A stretch of 64,000 nt of DNA, taken from NCBI GenBank assembly GCA_965261735.1, contig OZ253470.1:1056001-1120000 (forward strand), read 5' to 3'. Source of the stretch: Alphaproteobacteria bacterium. GTDB taxonomy: Bacteria; Pseudomonadota; Alphaproteobacteria; SHVV01. Made by a program: the position numbers and the translations under genes. This document shows positions 52,455-61,743 of the stretch, in pieces (position 1 is the stretch's first letter; each line of letters starts with the position of its first letter). The notes beneath the pieces are model-generated. The model worked only from the letters and a program-made list of their open reading frames with translations. It was not told the DNA's origin and made no database searches.

Positions 52455-52480
52455 GCCCTGCGTGCGCAAGTCCGCGGTTA

Positions 52481-52576
52481 ACCCCCGCCCAACCCTCCCC
52501 CATTAAAGGGGAGTGCCAACAGGTGCGCGTCGCGCCATAATACCCCCTCCCCTGGTGGGAGGGGGTAGGGGGAGTT
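52481..52576. repeat. Inverted pair of G/C-tract REP-like palindromic units
   Basis: acccccgcccaaccctcccccattaaaggggag and ccccctcccctggtgggagggggtagggggag; a related pair lies at 61651-61743. Confidence 0.7.
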
Positions 52577-52618
52577 GGACGGACAAGGAGTCCCCTTCCT
52601 GTGCAACCAGGTACTAGC

Positions 52619-53830
52619 ATGGCCGAGGAAGCGACGGGGCCGCTCGCCGGGGTCCGGGTGGCCGAGCTGTGCCACCACCTCGCGGGACCGACCTGCGGCG
52701 TCATGCTGGCCGACATGGGCGCCGAGGTCATCAAGGTCGAGCGCCTTCCAGGCGGCGACGATTCGCGGCGTTCGGTACCGCCGACGATCGACGGCGAATC
52801 GGCCGCCTTCCTGATGATCAACCGCAACAAGCGCGGTATCGCCGTCGACCTCAAGACCGAGGGCGGGCTCGAGGTCGTGCGCCGCCTGATCCGCACGTCC
52901 GACATCGTGACCGAGAACTTCCGCCGCGGCGTCATGGAGAATCTCGGCCTCGGCTTCGAGGCCCTCAGGGCCGAGCACCCGGAGCTCGTCTTCTGCTCGA
53001 TCTCGGGCTTCGGCCGCACCGGCCCCTACGCCGAGCGCCGCGGCTTCGACCTCATCGCGCAGGGCATGAGCGGCCTGATGAGCATCACCGGCGAGGCGCC
53101 GGGCCGCCCGCCGGTGAAGATCGGCGCGCCGGTCACCGACATCACCGCGGGCTTCCTCGCCTCCATAGGCATCCTCGCGGCTTACACCCACAGGTTGCGC
53201 ACCGGCCGCGGCCAGCTCGTCGATACCTCCCTGTTCGAGGCCGGCATCATCCACACCTTCTGGCAATCGGCGATCCAGTTCGCCACCGGCGTGCCGCCCA
53301 CCGCCATGGGCTCGGCCCATCCGCTCAATGCGCCCTACCAGGCGTTCGAGGCCGCCGACGGCTGGATCAACGTCGGCGGCGCCAACCAGCCGCAGTGGCT
53401 CAAGGTGATCGACGTGCTCGGCGCGCCCGAGCTCAACGACGACCCGCGCTTCGGTGACAACGAGAGCCGCATGAACAACCTGGCCGCGCTGCAGGAGGCG
53501 CTGGCCCCCCTGTTCCGCCAGCGCACCCGGGCCGAGTGGCTCACCCGCTTCGATGCCGCCGGCGTCGCCGCCGGGCCGATCCTCGACATCGCCGAAATGC
53601 ACGCGGACGCGCAGGCGCTGGCCCGCGGCATGGTGGTTGAGACCGAGCACGCGCGCCTCGGCCCGGTCAAGACCCTCGGCCCGCCGATCAAGTTCTCGGA
53701 GACCCCACCCAGCGTCCGCCGCCCGGCCCCGGTGTACGGCCAGCACACCCGCGAGGTCCTGGCCGAGCTCGGCTACACCCGCACCGAGATCGACGCCCTC
53801 GTCGCCGAGGGCACGATCGCCGAGGGCTAG
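52619..53830 (+). CDS. CaiB/BaiF family CoA transferase
   Basis: LAGP, ADMGAEVIKVE, NRNKRG, ENFR, SGFGRTGP, D at APVTDITAG. Confidence 0.93.
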   Translation: MAEEATGPLAGVRVAELCHHLAGPTCGVMLADMGAEVIKVERLPGGDDSRRSVPPTIDGESAAFLMINRNKRGIAVDLKTEGGLEVVRRLIRTSDIVTENFRRGVMENLGLGFEALRAEHPELVFCSISGFGRTGPYAERRGFDLIAQGMSGLMSITGEAPGRPPVKIGAPVTDITAGFLASIGILAAYTHRLRTGRGQLVDTSLFEAGIIHTFWQSAIQFATGVPPTAMGSAHPLNAPYQAFEAADGWINVGGANQPQWLKVIDVLGAPELNDDPRFGDNESRMNNLAALQEALAPLFRQRTRAEWLTRFDAAGVAAGPILDIAEMHADAQALARGMVVETEHARLGPVKTLGPPIKFSETPPSVRRPAPVYGQHTREVLAELGYTRTEIDALVAEGTIAEG

Positions 53831-53909
53831 TTCCGGAGCTGTCTCTGCGCCCCGTCAGAGGTCCGGGCTCATGCGGCGGCAGGCTCGGCATGAGGAACTT
53901 GGTCGGGCC

Positions 53910-53956
53910 CATGGCGAACCTCACCCTGAGCTTGTCGAGGGGTGAGCGGAACCATG
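53910..53956. repeat. Palindromic intergenic element between convergent genes (REP-like or terminator)
   Basis: catggcgaac-ctcaccctgagcttgtcgaggggtgag-cggaaccatg hairpin. Confidence 0.45.
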
Positions 53957-54003
53957 CTCGCGCCAATCACCCGAGCGTCCGGTGGGCGCCCACAGCCGGT
54001 GAG

Positions 54004-54855
54004 TCAGACCGGGCGGTCGCCCTTGACCTGGGTTCGGTGCATGATGCGTTGGGCGGCGGGATCGAAGGGGTCGCGGCGGTGGATGACGCAGCGGTTGTCC
54101 CAAAGCACGAGGTCGCCGGCGCGCCACTGATGCGCCCACACGAACTCGGGCTTCGTGGACCCGGCCCACAGCGTATCGAGTAGCGCTTCGCTGTCGGCGA
54201 GCTCCAGGCCCTCGATATAGCCGTTGCGCCGGCGCCCCAAATAGAGCGCCTTGCGGCCGGTCTCGGGGTGGGTGCGCACGATGGGATGGACGGCGCCCGG
54301 CGCGCTCAGCGCATCGGCCGGCGCCGTCGCGCCCCGGCGCAGGGCACCGACGCTGGTGTAGCTCGAATCATGCTTGGCCCCACGGCCCTCTATGCGCGCC
54401 CGCAAGGGCTGAGGGAGCCGCTCGAAGGCTGCGCACATGTTGGCGAAGTAGGTATCGCCGCCCGCGGCCGGCACTTTGAGCGCGTACAGCAGGCTCGCCA
54501 TCGGCGGCTCGGCGTCGTAGCTCATGTCGGTGTGCCACTCGGCCTCGCCGGCGCCGAGGTCGCCGATCGGCTTGCCGTCGACGACCACGTTGGAGATGAC
54601 CCACACGGGCAGGTCGCGCCCGCCGGCCTTGTCCCTGTTCTCCGACGCCGGCGCCGATTCGAGGTCGCCAAAGTGACGGCTGAAGCGGATGAGATCGTCG
54701 TCCGCGAGCGATTGTGCGCGGAATAGGAGAACACCGTGCGCGAGCCAGGCCGCGCGGATGGCGGCGACGCTCGCCTCATCGAGCCCACGGGCGAGGTCGA
54801 TGACTTGGATCTCGGCGCCGAGGGCCGCCGATAAGGGGCGCACTTCGAGGGGCAT
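54004..54855 (-). CDS. TauD/TfdA family 2-oxoglutarate-dependent dioxygenase
   Basis: WHTD, GGDT, HPIVRTHPETGRKALY, WDNRCVIHRR. Confidence 0.93.
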   Translation of the reverse strand: MPLEVRPLSAALGAEIQVIDLARGLDEASVAAIRAAWLAHGVLLFRAQSLADDDLIRFSRHFGDLESAPASENRDKAGGRDLPVWVISNVVVDGKPIGDLGAGEAEWHTDMSYDAEPPMASLLYALKVPAAGGDTYFANMCAAFERLPQPLRARIEGRGAKHDSSYTSVGALRRGATAPADALSAPGAVHPIVRTHPETGRKALYLGRRRNGYIEGLELADSEALLDTLWAGSTKPEFVWAHQWRAGDLVLWDNRCVIHRRDPFDPAAQRIMHRTQVKGDRPV

Positions 54856-55012
54856 GGCCGGCTCCCTTGAACGGCGGTCGCGTGACCCGCTGGTTCGTAA
54901 CACATAATTGATGGTGTCATGTGAAAAGTGGTTTGAACCAGCGGGGTCCAGAGCACATCTAAGCGTCAAAGCATGCGTTTTCGCGGCGTCGGCCGCGACA
55001 AGGAGTCATCAT

Positions 55013-55315
55013 ATGTTTCGTGCGTTTTTGCTGGCCACCTTCCTCGCAGTGGGGGCGGGCGGCCCGGCCTCGGCCGCACCCGAGGATTGCATGGGGTTCT
55101 TGGAGCTCGAGGACTACCTCGACCGGGCGTTCGCCGAAGCCCGCATCGAATCGGGCCTCCTGGAGAACGGCAACCCCGTGTACCTGTTCGTCTCGCGGGC
55201 CGGCTCGTGGACGTTGGTCGAATCGGTGCCCGACGGGCAAGCCTGCGTTCACGCCTCCGGCACCCATTGGCAGCCGCGGCGCGGCGCGGACACCGCCCGG
55301 CGCTCGGCGACCTAG
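55013..55315 (+). CDS. Small secreted hypothetical protein
   Basis: AAGGAG RBS, signal peptide, two Cys, GSWT. Confidence 0.7.
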   Translation: MFRAFLLATFLAVGAGGPASAAPEDCMGFLELEDYLDRAFAEARIESGLLENGNPVYLFVSRAGSWTLVESVPDGQACVHASGTHWQPRRGADTARRSAT

Positions 55316-55348
55316 GGGCGACTGGCGGCGCCCGCTGCCGAGCCTCCC

Positions 55349-55969
55349 TCAGACGATCGGCACCATGATGTGCTGGCGGTAGCCCTCGCGTTCGGTGAGC
55401 CGGGCATGCCAGGCCGCGAGGCGCGGCATCGGTGGGCGCTCGAGCTCCATGTTGAACCAGCGATAGACCCAGGACGCGAGGGGGATGTCGCCCATGGTGA
55501 GCGCCGCGCCGCCGATGAAATCGCGGTCCTCGAGATGGGCGTCGAGAATAGCCAGACACCCCACCGTCTCGCGATGCGCCCGGGCTAGGGCCTCGTTGTC
55601 GCGCTCCTTCGGAGACTGGCGCACCAGGCCTCGAAACAACGGGCGAAACGAGGCGAGCAGCGCGTTCTGCTGCCAGTCCATCCAGCGGTCGGCCTCGGCG
55701 CGCTCGCGCAGGTCGATGGGATAGAGGCTTCCGCGGCCGTAACGGGCCGCGAGATACCGGACGCAGGCATTGGATTCCCAGAGCACGAAGCCGTCGTCGT
55801 CGATCGTCGGCACCACGCCATTGGGATTGAGGGCGAGGTAGTCGGGCTGGTCGTTGCCGCCGAAGGTGCCGGCGATGTCGATGCGCTCGAAGGCGAGGCC
55901 GAGCTCGGCCGCGGTCCACAGCACCTTCTGCACGTTGCTCGAGGCGGCGAAGCCCCAGATCTTCAGCAT
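55349..55969 (-). CDS. Glutathione S-transferase
   Basis: SSNVQKV, NPNGVVPT, WESNA. Confidence 0.93.
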   Translation of the reverse strand: MLKIWGFAASSNVQKVLWTAAELGLAFERIDIAGTFGGNDQPDYLALNPNGVVPTIDDDGFVLWESNACVRYLAARYGRGSLYPIDLRERAEADRWMDWQQNALLASFRPLFRGLVRQSPKERDNEALARAHRETVGCLAILDAHLEDRDFIGGAALTMGDIPLASWVYRWFNMELERPPMPRLAAWHARLTEREGYRQHIMVPIV

Positions 55970-56045
55970 CCCGGCCTCCCCTCGCTTCCTCCCGGTGGCC
56001 CGATTCTATGCGTTATCGAGGCCGAGGGTCCACCGGCTCAAGTCG

Positions 56046-56642
56046 TTACGATGGGGAGGCGCGCTCCTGGCCGGGCAGACGCGCAAGCTGCAACAGCGCG
56101 ATCGCGTGCAGGATGATCCAGAGGGGGACGATGAAGGTCGGGATCAGGCTGAGCGGCAGCGCGGTCATGACGTCGGAGGTCACCTCGCCGGCGAATATGC
56201 CGATGGCCGAGCTGCCGGTGACCACGGCGGTCGTGATGGCGCCGACAAAATCCAGCAGGCCGGCCACGTTGAGCCACGGGACCCGGCGCCGCCAACCGGC
56301 GCGGCCGGATAGGATCGCGAGCGCAACGAACGGCGCCGCCACCCCGACCGCGAAATCGCCGAAGCCGGCCGGGAAGGCGAAGAGTGCCGGCAGCAATCCG
56401 TGGGCGTAGAGAACGACGAACATGATGCCGACCACGCGCCAGCTTTGCAGCATGGTCAGAAGCCCCAGGTCGAGGCCGAGCACATAGTCGTGGAAGCGGA
56501 CCGAGCCGAGGTAGGTCAGCGCGAAGAGGACCAGCGGACCCACCAGCGCGACCGGCAGCGCGAGCGGTGGCCGCGTTGGCGCCGGCGTGAAGGCGCCGAG
56601 CGCGGCGGCGGCCGCGGCCAGAATCAGCCATACGGCGAGCAC
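56046..56642 (-). CDS. Hypothetical polytopic membrane protein (5' end possibly frameshifted)
   Basis: QSWRVVG, PAGFGD, NVAGLLD, PLSLIPTFIVP; about 6 transmembrane segments. Confidence 0.7.
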   Translation of the reverse strand: MLAVWLILAAAAAALGAFTPAPTRPPLALPVALVGPLVLFALTYLGSVRFHDYVLGLDLGLLTMLQSWRVVGIMFVVLYAHGLLPALFAFPAGFGDFAVGVAAPFVALAILSGRAGWRRRVPWLNVAGLLDFVGAITTAVVTGSSAIGIFAGEVTSDVMTALPLSLIPTFIVPLWIILHAIALLQLARLPGQERASPS

Positions 56643-56855
56643 GGCATAGGATCGCGCGCCCGGCCAACGCTGGACCGGGGGCGCACGTCTCCGCTGCGCG
56701 TCCCTGGTGGCTCGGGAGCAAGCGCCGAACCCGCCGTTTCCTCCCTTTTGTTCACGCTCGCGTGGGCGTCGCTCATAGGTCCCTACTCCTCGTCAGCATC
56801 CTACCGTCGATATTGTTGTAGATACACTCTTTGAGTGGCAGAACGCAAGATCTCG

Positions 56856-56915
56856 GAGGAAGCGTGCTTGGAGGAAGCGCGCTTGAAGGAGGCGCGCTTG
56901 GAGGAGGCGTGCGCC
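56856..56915. repeat. Imperfect 15-bp tandem repeat, four units
   Basis: gaggaagcgtgcttg gaggaagcgcgcttg aaggaggcgcgcttg gaggaggcgtgcgcc. Confidence 0.8.
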
Positions 56916-56991
56916 TTCGCGTGCGCGGCCCGAGACAAAGCTATAGCGTCGAGCGGCCGGCTCGGATAACGGTGGAGGCACAAGTAGGCCT

Positions 56992-57720
56992 ATGGGGAAA
57001 GCGGTACTCTCTCTCGCTTTTGCGCTCGCGATAGCCGCTCCGGCCCTCGCCGATGAGGCCGACGAGGCCGACGAGCGCCGGCGCCTCGTCGCGGAGATCG
57101 CGGCGGAGGCGGCCAGCGTGCGCCCCTGGACCGGGCGCCAGAAGATCGATGCCCGCGTCCTCGACGTCCTCGCCACGGTGCCGCGCCATCTGTTCGTGCC
57201 GCCAGGGCAGCGCCGCTTCGCCTACGACAACCGGCCGCTCCCCATCGGCCATAGCCAAACGATCTCGCAGCCCCTGATCGTGGCGCTGATGACCGACTTG
57301 CTCGACTTGGAGCCCGGCGACTCGGTGCTCGAGGTCGGCACCGGCTCGGCCTACCAGGCGGCCGTACTGGCCGAGATGGGCGCCCAGGTCCACACCATCG
57401 AGATCATCGAGCCGCTCGGGCGTGAAGCGGCGGAGCGGCTGGCTCGCCTCGGATACGAAGGCGTTCAGACCCGGCTCGGCGACGGCTATTACGGGTGGCC
57501 CGCCGCGGCGCCTTTCGATGCCATCATCGTCACCGCCGCCGCGAGCCACATTCCACCGCCGCTCGTGCGCCAGCTCAAACCGGGCGGGCGCATGGTCATT
57601 CCGGTCGGCGGCAGCTTCCTGACCCAATACCTCATGCTCGTGGAGCGCACGGAGGCAGGTGCCGCCAAGCTGTGGCAGCTCCTCCCGGTGCGATTCGTTC
57701 CACTGACCGGCGGCCATTGA
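56992..57720 (+). CDS. pcm: Protein-L-isoaspartate O-methyltransferase with N-terminal signal peptide
   Basis: VPRHLF, QTISQP, LEVGTGSAYQAA, APFDAIIVTAA, VRFVPL; leader MGKAVLSLAFALAIAAPALA. Confidence 0.92.
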   Translation: MGKAVLSLAFALAIAAPALADEADEADERRRLVAEIAAEAASVRPWTGRQKIDARVLDVLATVPRHLFVPPGQRRFAYDNRPLPIGHSQTISQPLIVALMTDLLDLEPGDSVLEVGTGSAYQAAVLAEMGAQVHTIEIIEPLGREAAERLARLGYEGVQTRLGDGYYGWPAAAPFDAIIVTAAASHIPPPLVRQLKPGGRMVIPVGGSFLTQYLMLVERTEAGAAKLWQLLPVRFVPLTGGH

Positions 57721-57722
57721 CC

Positions 57723-60143
57723 ATGCCCGTAGGCGTGGCCGTGTTCGTCCTCTCGGGCGCCGTCATCGGTTACGAAATCCTGTTGATGCGGCTGTTCTCG
57801 ATCAGCCTGTGGCACCATTTCGCCTACATGATCATCAGCCTGGCGCTGCTCGGGTTCGGCGCCAGCGGCACCTTCGTGGCGCTGGCGCGCGGCTGGTTGC
57901 TCGCCCGTTTCGACGGCGCCTTCGCGACCGCCGCGGCGCTCTTCGGCCTGACCGCCGTGGGCGGCTACGCCCTCGCCCAGCAGGTCCCATTCAACCCGTT
58001 GGAGGTGGTGTGGGATGCGCGCCAGCAGCTCTATCTGCTCGAGCTCTACCTGCTGCTGTCGATCCCCTTCTTCTGTGCCGCGACCGCCATCATCCTGGCG
58101 CTGGCGCGCTCGCCCGACGCCATTCATCTCATCTATCGCTTCGATCTCACGGGTGCCGGCGCTGGCGCGCTGGCGATCATCGCGGCCCTCTTCGTCCTAC
58201 CCGCGGCCCTGTGTCTCAAGCTCCTGGGGAGCGCGGGATTCGTCGCCGCCGCGCTGTCCTGCCTGGCGCGCGAGCGGCGCGGCCTGTGGCACACCGGCGT
58301 CCTGCTCGCGGCGGCCGCCGCACTCCCGGCGCTGTGGCCCGACGCCTCGGTGCGGCCGCGGCTCTCGCCGTTCAAGGAGCTGAGCCAGGCGTTGCGGGTG
58401 CCGGACGCCCGCGTGATTGCCGAACGCTCGAGCCCGCTCGGTCTCCTCAGCGTCGTCGAAAGCCCGACGGTCCCCTTCCGCCACGTCCCCGGCATGAGCC
58501 TGAGCGCCGACGCCGAGCCGCCGCCGCAGCTCGGGGTTTTCGTCGACGGCGGCGCGTTCACCCCCATCACGCGCTGGGACCGCGAGCGCGGGTCGCTCGC
58601 ACACCTCGATTTCCAATCCTCCGCCCTGCCCTACCATCTGGTCGAGCGCCCGCGGGTCCTGGTGCTAGGTGCGGGCGGCGGCGCCGACGTGCTGCTGGCG
58701 CTCTACCACGGTGCCGGCGCGATCGACGCGGTGGAGCTCAACCCGCAAGTGGTCGCGCTCGTCGCGCGCGACTTCGCCGACTACGCCGGGAACCCCTATG
58801 CCGCCCATGGCGTGCGCGTCCACACCGCCGAAGCGCGGCGTTTCGTGGCCAGGAGCGCCGAGAGCTACGACGTGATCCAGGTCGCGCTGCTCGACTCGTT
58901 CAACGCATCGGCGGCCGGCGTCCATGCGCTGAACGAATCCAACCTGTACACCGTCGAAGCACTCGAGGCCTTTCTCGCCCAGCTCGCGCCCGATGGCTAC
59001 CTGGCCATCACGCGCTGGATCAAGCTGCCGCCACGGGATGCGCTCAAGCTCTTCGCCACCGCCGTTGCCGCGCTCGAGGGGCGTGGCGTTGCGCGGCCTG
59101 CCGAGCGGCTGGCGTTGATCCGAAGCTGGAAGACTGCCACCCTGCTGGTCAAGAACGGATCCATGAGCGCCACGGATATCGCGTCAATCACACGATTTGC
59201 GGAGGCCCGCGGGTTCGACCTCGCCTACGCCCCCGGCATCCAACGTTCGCAGGTTAACCGCTACAACATCCTCGAGCGGCCCTACCTGTTCGACGGCGCG
59301 CGGGCGCTGCTGGGCGAGGACCGCGGCGCCTTCATCACCGACTACAAGTTCGACATCGCGCCGGCGACGGACGACCGGCCCTACTTCTTTCACTTCTTCA
59401 AGTGGCGCCCGGTGCCCGAGCTATTGGCGCTCGGCGGGCGCAGTGGGCTCCCCCTCGTGGAATGGGGCTACGTCGTCCTGATTGCGACGTTGGCGCAGGC
59501 GGCGCTCATCAGCGCCGGGCTCATCCTCCTGCCGCTCGCCGTCCGTCGGCGGCAGTCACCCGCCCGCGGGCGCGCCCGCGTGTTCGCCTACTTCCTGGCA
59601 CTCGGGCTCGGCTTCCTGTTCATCGAAATGGCGTTTATCCAGCGCATGACGCTGTTCCTCGGCCACCCGCTCTACGCGGTCGCCGTGGTCCTCGGTGCCT
59701 TCCTGGTGTTCGCCGGTCTGGGAAGCGGCTACGCGGCGCGCTTCGCCGAGCACGAGGCCGCGCGCGCCCGCCCGCCCATGGCGCTCGCCGCCGGCGCCGT
59801 CGCGCTCCTGGCCGTCCTCACACTCGTCCTGCTGCCGCCGCTATTCGACATCCTCCAGGCCGCACCGGCGAGCGCCCGCATCGCGGTCGCCATCGCGCTC
59901 ATAGCGCCCCTCGCCTTCTGTATGGGCCTGCCCTTCCCGCTCGGGCTCGCAAGGCTCGCGGCGTATGCCCCGGAATGGGTGCCCTGGGCCTGGGGCATCA
60001 ATGGCTGCGCCTCGGTATTGAGCGCGGTGCTGGCGACATTGCTCGCGATCCATTTCGGGTTCACGGTGGTCGTGGGGCTCGCCGCGCTGCTTTATGCGCT
60101 GGCCGCCGGCCTACCTCCGCGCGCGCCGCGCACCGCATCGTAG
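57723..60143 (+). CDS. Large membrane protein with a central spermidine-synthase-like SAM-binding domain
   Basis: Many transmembrane helices on both sides of VLVLGAGGG, VELNP, NLYTVEA, ATDDRPYF. Confidence 0.85.
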   Translation: MPVGVAVFVLSGAVIGYEILLMRLFSISLWHHFAYMIISLALLGFGASGTFVALARGWLLARFDGAFATAAALFGLTAVGGYALAQQVPFNPLEVVWDARQQLYLLELYLLLSIPFFCAATAIILALARSPDAIHLIYRFDLTGAGAGALAIIAALFVLPAALCLKLLGSAGFVAAALSCLARERRGLWHTGVLLAAAAALPALWPDASVRPRLSPFKELSQALRVPDARVIAERSSPLGLLSVVESPTVPFRHVPGMSLSADAEPPPQLGVFVDGGAFTPITRWDRERGSLAHLDFQSSALPYHLVERPRVLVLGAGGGADVLLALYHGAGAIDAVELNPQVVALVARDFADYAGNPYAAHGVRVHTAEARRFVARSAESYDVIQVALLDSFNASAAGVHALNESNLYTVEALEAFLAQLAPDGYLAITRWIKLPPRDALKLFATAVAALEGRGVARPAERLALIRSWKTATLLVKNGSMSATDIASITRFAEARGFDLAYAPGIQRSQVNRYNILERPYLFDGARALLGEDRGAFITDYKFDIAPATDDRPYFFHFFKWRPVPELLALGGRSGLPLVEWGYVVLIATLAQAALISAGLILLPLAVRRRQSPARGRARVFAYFLALGLGFLFIEMAFIQRMTLFLGHPLYAVAVVLGAFLVFAGLGSGYAARFAEHEAARARPPMALAAGAVALLAVLTLVLLPPLFDILQAAPASARIAVAIALIAPLAFCMGLPFPLGLARLAAYAPEWVPWAWGINGCASVLSAVLATLLAIHFGFTVVVGLAALLYALAAGLPPRAPRTAS

Positions 60144-60239
60144 GAGCATAGCGCGCCGTTCTTGCCGGCCGCGCGACTCCGGCCCCATACTCCACCTAGC
60201 CACTCGCCTCGCCTGCAACGGCAACCAACGGGGAAATTC

Positions 60240-61646
60240 ATGTCCGACGATATCGCCTTCATGCCGGTCGCCCAACTGCTCGGCGCATTCCGGACCAAGA
60301 GTATCTCGCCGGTCGAAGCGGTCGAGGCGGCGCTGGGGCGGATCGGCGCCCACAACGGCGTGCTCAATGCGTTCTGCCATGTCGATGAGGACGGCGCGCG
60401 GGCAGCGGCGCGGGCCTCCCAAGCGCGCTGGATGAAGGGGGAGCCCCAGGGGCTGCTCGACGGCCTGCCACTGTCGGTCAAGGACTCGTTGATGGTTAAG
60501 GGCATGCCGGCTCGCTACGGCTCGAAGACGACGAGCGCGGATCCGGTCGCGGAGGATACCTCGACCGTGGCCAGCGCACGCCGCCACGGCGCCGTCATCC
60601 TCGGCAAGACGACGACCCCGGAATACGGCCTCGGCGCGGTGACCAACAGCCCGCTCACCGGAATCACACTCAATCCATGGGATACGGACAAGACCTCGGG
60701 AGGCTCCAGCGGCGGCGGCGCGGCGGCGGTCGCCGCCGGCATGGGCAACGCAGCGCTTGGCACCGACGCCGGCGGCTCGATCCGCATACCCGCGTCGCTC
60801 AATGGCTTGGTCGCATTGAAGTCGACCAACGGGCGCATCCCGCAATATCCGCTCACCTGGGTGCCGAGCCTGATGGCGCTCTCGGTGCTCACCCATACGG
60901 TGACCGATTCGGCGCTCATGCTGAACGTCCTCAGCGAGCCCGATCCGCGCGACGCGCCGGCGTTCCCCGCGGACGGCGTCGACTATCTCGAAGGCCTGGA
61001 CGATGGCATCGCGGGCCTGCGCATCGCCTTCAGCGCAACCCTCGGTTATGCCCCGCACGTCAACGCCGAGGTCGCCGAGCTAGCAGCCGCGGCGGCCAGG
61101 AGCTTCGTACAACTCGGCGCAACGGTAGTCGAGACCGATCCCGGCTTCGACAACCCCGGTGCGACCTTCCGCGCCATCCTGTTTCCGAGCTTCGCCCACT
61201 TCGCGCGGCGGTTCACGCCCGATCAGATGGAACTCCTGGGCCCCGCCGCGCGCGATACCGCGAAGGCCGGTGGCGACATGTCGATCGGCGATTACTTGGC
61301 GGCCGACAAGGCGCGCGCGGCGCTGGTGAGCCACATGCATCGCTTCCACCAGACCCATGACCTGCTGCTGACGCCGACCGTGGCGAGCGCCGCCTTCACC
61401 GCGGGGCGCTGGGGACCGGAGGAGTTCGAGGAGATGGGCGACATGCGCGCATGGGCGCCGTTCGGCAACCCCTTCAACCTTACAGGGCAGCCCGCCGCCA
61501 CCGTGCCCTGCGGCTTCAACGCCGAGGGCCTACCGGTGGGCTTGCAGATCGTTGGCGCCCGGTTCGCCGATGCACTGGTGCTGCGTGCGGCCCGCGCCTA
61601 CGAGCAGGCCCACCCTCAATGGGAGCGCCGCCCGCCCCTCGCGTGA
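60240..61646 (+). CDS. Amidase signature family protein
   Basis: SVKD, GKTTTPE, GGSSGG, GTDAGGSIRIPAS. Confidence 0.93.
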   Translation: MSDDIAFMPVAQLLGAFRTKSISPVEAVEAALGRIGAHNGVLNAFCHVDEDGARAAARASQARWMKGEPQGLLDGLPLSVKDSLMVKGMPARYGSKTTSADPVAEDTSTVASARRHGAVILGKTTTPEYGLGAVTNSPLTGITLNPWDTDKTSGGSSGGGAAAVAAGMGNAALGTDAGGSIRIPASLNGLVALKSTNGRIPQYPLTWVPSLMALSVLTHTVTDSALMLNVLSEPDPRDAPAFPADGVDYLEGLDDGIAGLRIAFSATLGYAPHVNAEVAELAAAAARSFVQLGATVVETDPGFDNPGATFRAILFPSFAHFARRFTPDQMELLGPAARDTAKAGGDMSIGDYLAADKARAALVSHMHRFHQTHDLLLTPTVASAAFTAGRWGPEEFEEMGDMRAWAPFGNPFNLTGQPAATVPCGFNAEGLPVGLQIVGARFADALVLRAARAYEQAHPQWERRPPLA

Positions 61647-61650
61647 GGGC

Positions 61651-61743
61651 ACCCCCTCCCAACCTCCCCCATCGAGGGGGAGGGCCAAGAACTGGACATC
61701 GCGCCATGACTCCCCTCCCCTGGTGGGAGGGGGTAGGGGGAGG
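61651..61743. repeat. REP-like G/C-tract pair; the second unit is interrupted by IS1595 and continues at 62849-62860
   Basis: cccctcccctggtgggagggggtagggggag is identical to the unit near 52544. Confidence 0.7.

Noticed and set aside
49752-52469. 905-aa Fhs fusion
   Set aside because: The extra N-terminus is the antisense of the enoyl-CoA hydratase; an RBS and family start fit 51446.
56856-56915. Possible CRISPR array
   Set aside because: Units are 15 bp and directly adjacent with no spacers; no cas genes are present.
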